Source of the DNA: Bigelowiella natans CCMP2755
Taxonomy: Eukaryota > Protista > Cercozoa
Assembly: GCA_000320545.1 (NCBI GenBank)
Contig: ADNK01000126.1
Span: 1 to 56,714 of the forward strand
Direction of reading: 5' to 3'
Length of the DNA stretch: 56,714 nt
Shown: in pieces, positions 54,631 to 56,714 of the stretch
Layout: each line of letters begins with the position of its first letter
Position numbering within the stretch: the stretch's first letter is position 1
The notes under the pieces: model-generated
The model's database searches: none
What the model was told of the DNA's origin: nothing
What the model saw: the letters and a program-made list of their open reading frames with translations, nothing else
Program-made: the position numbers and the translations under genes

Positions 54631-55227
54631 TCAGGTAAATGAATCACCTAAATCGTCTACGAACTTATCTAAAATGCAGGGAATTTTTGTCTGGCGACAC
54701 ACGCAAATCTCCTTTTTCTCTAGTTCTTCCTGTACGTTAAGCTTGGAACCTCGTGGCGCAGAAATCTTTTTCGATGTCTTCTTCGAGCATCCTCTGCACC
54801 TCCCCCCCCCCTCGCTAGCTAGCTCCAAATAGGAGATCGTGATGACGATAAGCTCTCTCTTTTTATTCGCTTCAATGAATTGGTACAGGGGAAGAAGATC
54901 CACAAGTTTGTAAGTTTCCCTGTGAAAATCTAACGAGTCTTGTTGGCAGCCTTGTTGTGCGCGCACAACAGACAGGCTTGTGGCTAGCAGGCATGCAGCA
55001 TCGATCTCGTCGGTCGTGCAGCATGCGCGTGCGTCGATTTTGTTGTAAATGTCAACAAATTGTGAGATTTTCCCCTCTCGAAAGCAATTTTGAGACAGCA
55101 GACGGTGAAGGATGTGCGTTTCGCAAAACAGCATCATGGCATGGTCATGCAATGATTGGACACAGCTAGACAGCATCGTAATCGTGATAGTTGTGTGCAT
55201 TGCTAGATTGCTAGATGTTGCAAACAT
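54631..55227 (-). pseudogene. Uncharacterised ORF or relic partly inside a TpA-depleted patch
   Basis: 198-aa ORF. The part above ~54930 is Cys/His-rich with a single Tyr, while the part below retains several Tyr. No recognisable family. Confidence 0.35.
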
Positions 55228-55500
55228 GTCACATCGCGTTGTTTACATCCATTCTCCGTTTGGTTCTTGTTGCAACGTGCAAAGTTGCAAATCATGCCAA
55301 ACATTTTGAGCGTTGCTAGGTTGCCTCCACATTCCTAGATTCATCGATCCGTCGCGTGGCATGCTGAACTTCTCATTGTCCAAATTTGCAATGGCACACA
55401 TGATTGCCCCATTCTCACTGCATCACAGCCATGTGTGCATCATCTGGCTCCATGTCTAGATGTCATAGTCAACGACTTTGAGATTACATGTGAGAACACA
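54935..55500. other. TpA-depleted, TG/CA-rich patch
   Basis: About 13 TA in ~565 bp, 9 of them TAG (7 CTAG); CpG retained. Confidence 0.85.
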
Positions 55501-56624
55501 CACATTACACATGTTCATGTTTCATGAAACCCATGCGCTGCTAGTTAGTAAATGTACGATAAAACGCCATTGCTGTTACGCCATTGCTGGTATCAGATGC
55601 AATGATGCTCACATTTGTGCCCTGAGCTGCTATACGACCACCCTGAGTATGCCCGAGATTAACTGTACTGTTATCTTCGTTTTGAGTTCGTCAACACTAA
55701 CGAGTGATACCTAAAAATAAAGGTATATCTAGATATAAGATGGAGAGAATCAGCCGACAAAGTGTATGATCTTGAAAAACGGTAGTAGCTTTCACAAAAT
55801 CCTTCTTTGTGAATGAGGTGGAGATAGAGATGGAGATGGAGAGATAGAAATAGAAAGGGGCAAACAAAAGGATACGATTTGTTCCTGCTTGTGCATAAAA
55901 CTAACCCTCCTAGAGCGACTTGTCCAACTCTAAGATTGTGCCGTGTAAAGAACTCAATCGGCAACGGCTCGGTGCGGTAACTGAAGTCAAGGATATTCAT
56001 GTGGAGAAAGAGTCATGACCTTACTGGCTCATTACTTGATAAGATACACTTTGATCATCTTTTCATCATCATCGTCATCATCGATATAATATCAACTCGT
56101 TTGCCTCAAATCAACATGGTCGAGAGGGGTCACCACCAAACGGGTGTTACTGCTGCTGCAGCCTGTGTCCCTTTACTCCGATCCATTCATCAGTCTACTA
56201 CATGTTCATTTCACACCTTGCAACTGACTCAAGCTGATCTCCACGTCCAAGCTGCCCATCACGACCTCGCCTACCACCATCATATCCACCAAAATATTCA
56301 TTTTCCACATGGGAGAGGGAGTGTACAGCTCTTTCAAATGGTTGTACATTCATACCCCTCCTCACCAAACGCCCTCTCACGTCGTCGCATGTAGGTATGC
56401 TTTATGCCCCCCCCCTCCGCCCGCACCCGCCCCCCCCACACGGACCCGAAGACGTACAGCTCTCCATCCCGGCAAAGCACTGCCGTGTGACCATCGCCGC
56501 AACTTACCTTAAGATGATCAGTGGAGTCACGTTTTTATTAACACGAACGACGATGAATTCAACGAAACAAAGGAACAAGAAAAGAAGAGGAGGGGCCGTC
56601 AGGGGCCCACACGTCGAGTACATC

Positions 56625-56662
<38 letters not shown>

Positions 56663-56714
56663 GCGGCGAGTGGGTATGATATACAGTCTCACACTAGGAG
56701 CGCGTTGGAGTTGT

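Noticed and set aside
55671-56692. Possible minus-strand exons at the window end
   Set aside because: Some splice-like sites but no recognisable domain or reliable in-frame chain.

Overview
Gene-dense, intron-rich nuclear DNA of a eukaryote, probably a protist (standard code, GT-AG introns with at least one GC-AG, intronic microsatellites). Seven genes can be supported. (1) A 5'-truncated giant polycystin-1/REJ-like receptor with SRCR-like and TNFR-like repeats, a mucin stalk, REJ, GPS, about 5 TM and a PDZ-like tail. (2) An R2R3-Myb/histone deacetylase fusion. (3) A membrane-anchored TKL kinase-pseudokinase ending in tandem PGDYG-like repeats. (4) An acyl-CoA synthetase. (5) COX15. (6) Cytoplasmic dynein-1 heavy chain, with 24 of about 29 introns packed into 3.4 kb. 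(7) A GST fused to an AsaB/CmcJ-like Fe/2OG oxygenase. The strongest unexplained signal is non-genic: several 0.5-1 kb patches (about 14.1-14.8, 33.2-34.2, 50.9-51.4 and 54.9-55.5 kb, weaker at 26.3-26.5 kb) where TpA is nearly erased except in (C)TAG, TG/CA are abundant and CpG is retained. Relic reading frames inside these patches lack Tyr and are rich in Cys/His. This fits a region-targeted TpA->TpG/CpA (A:T->G:C) hypermutation process, the mirror image of fungal RIP. All counts and exon boundaries were done by hand and need computational confirmation.
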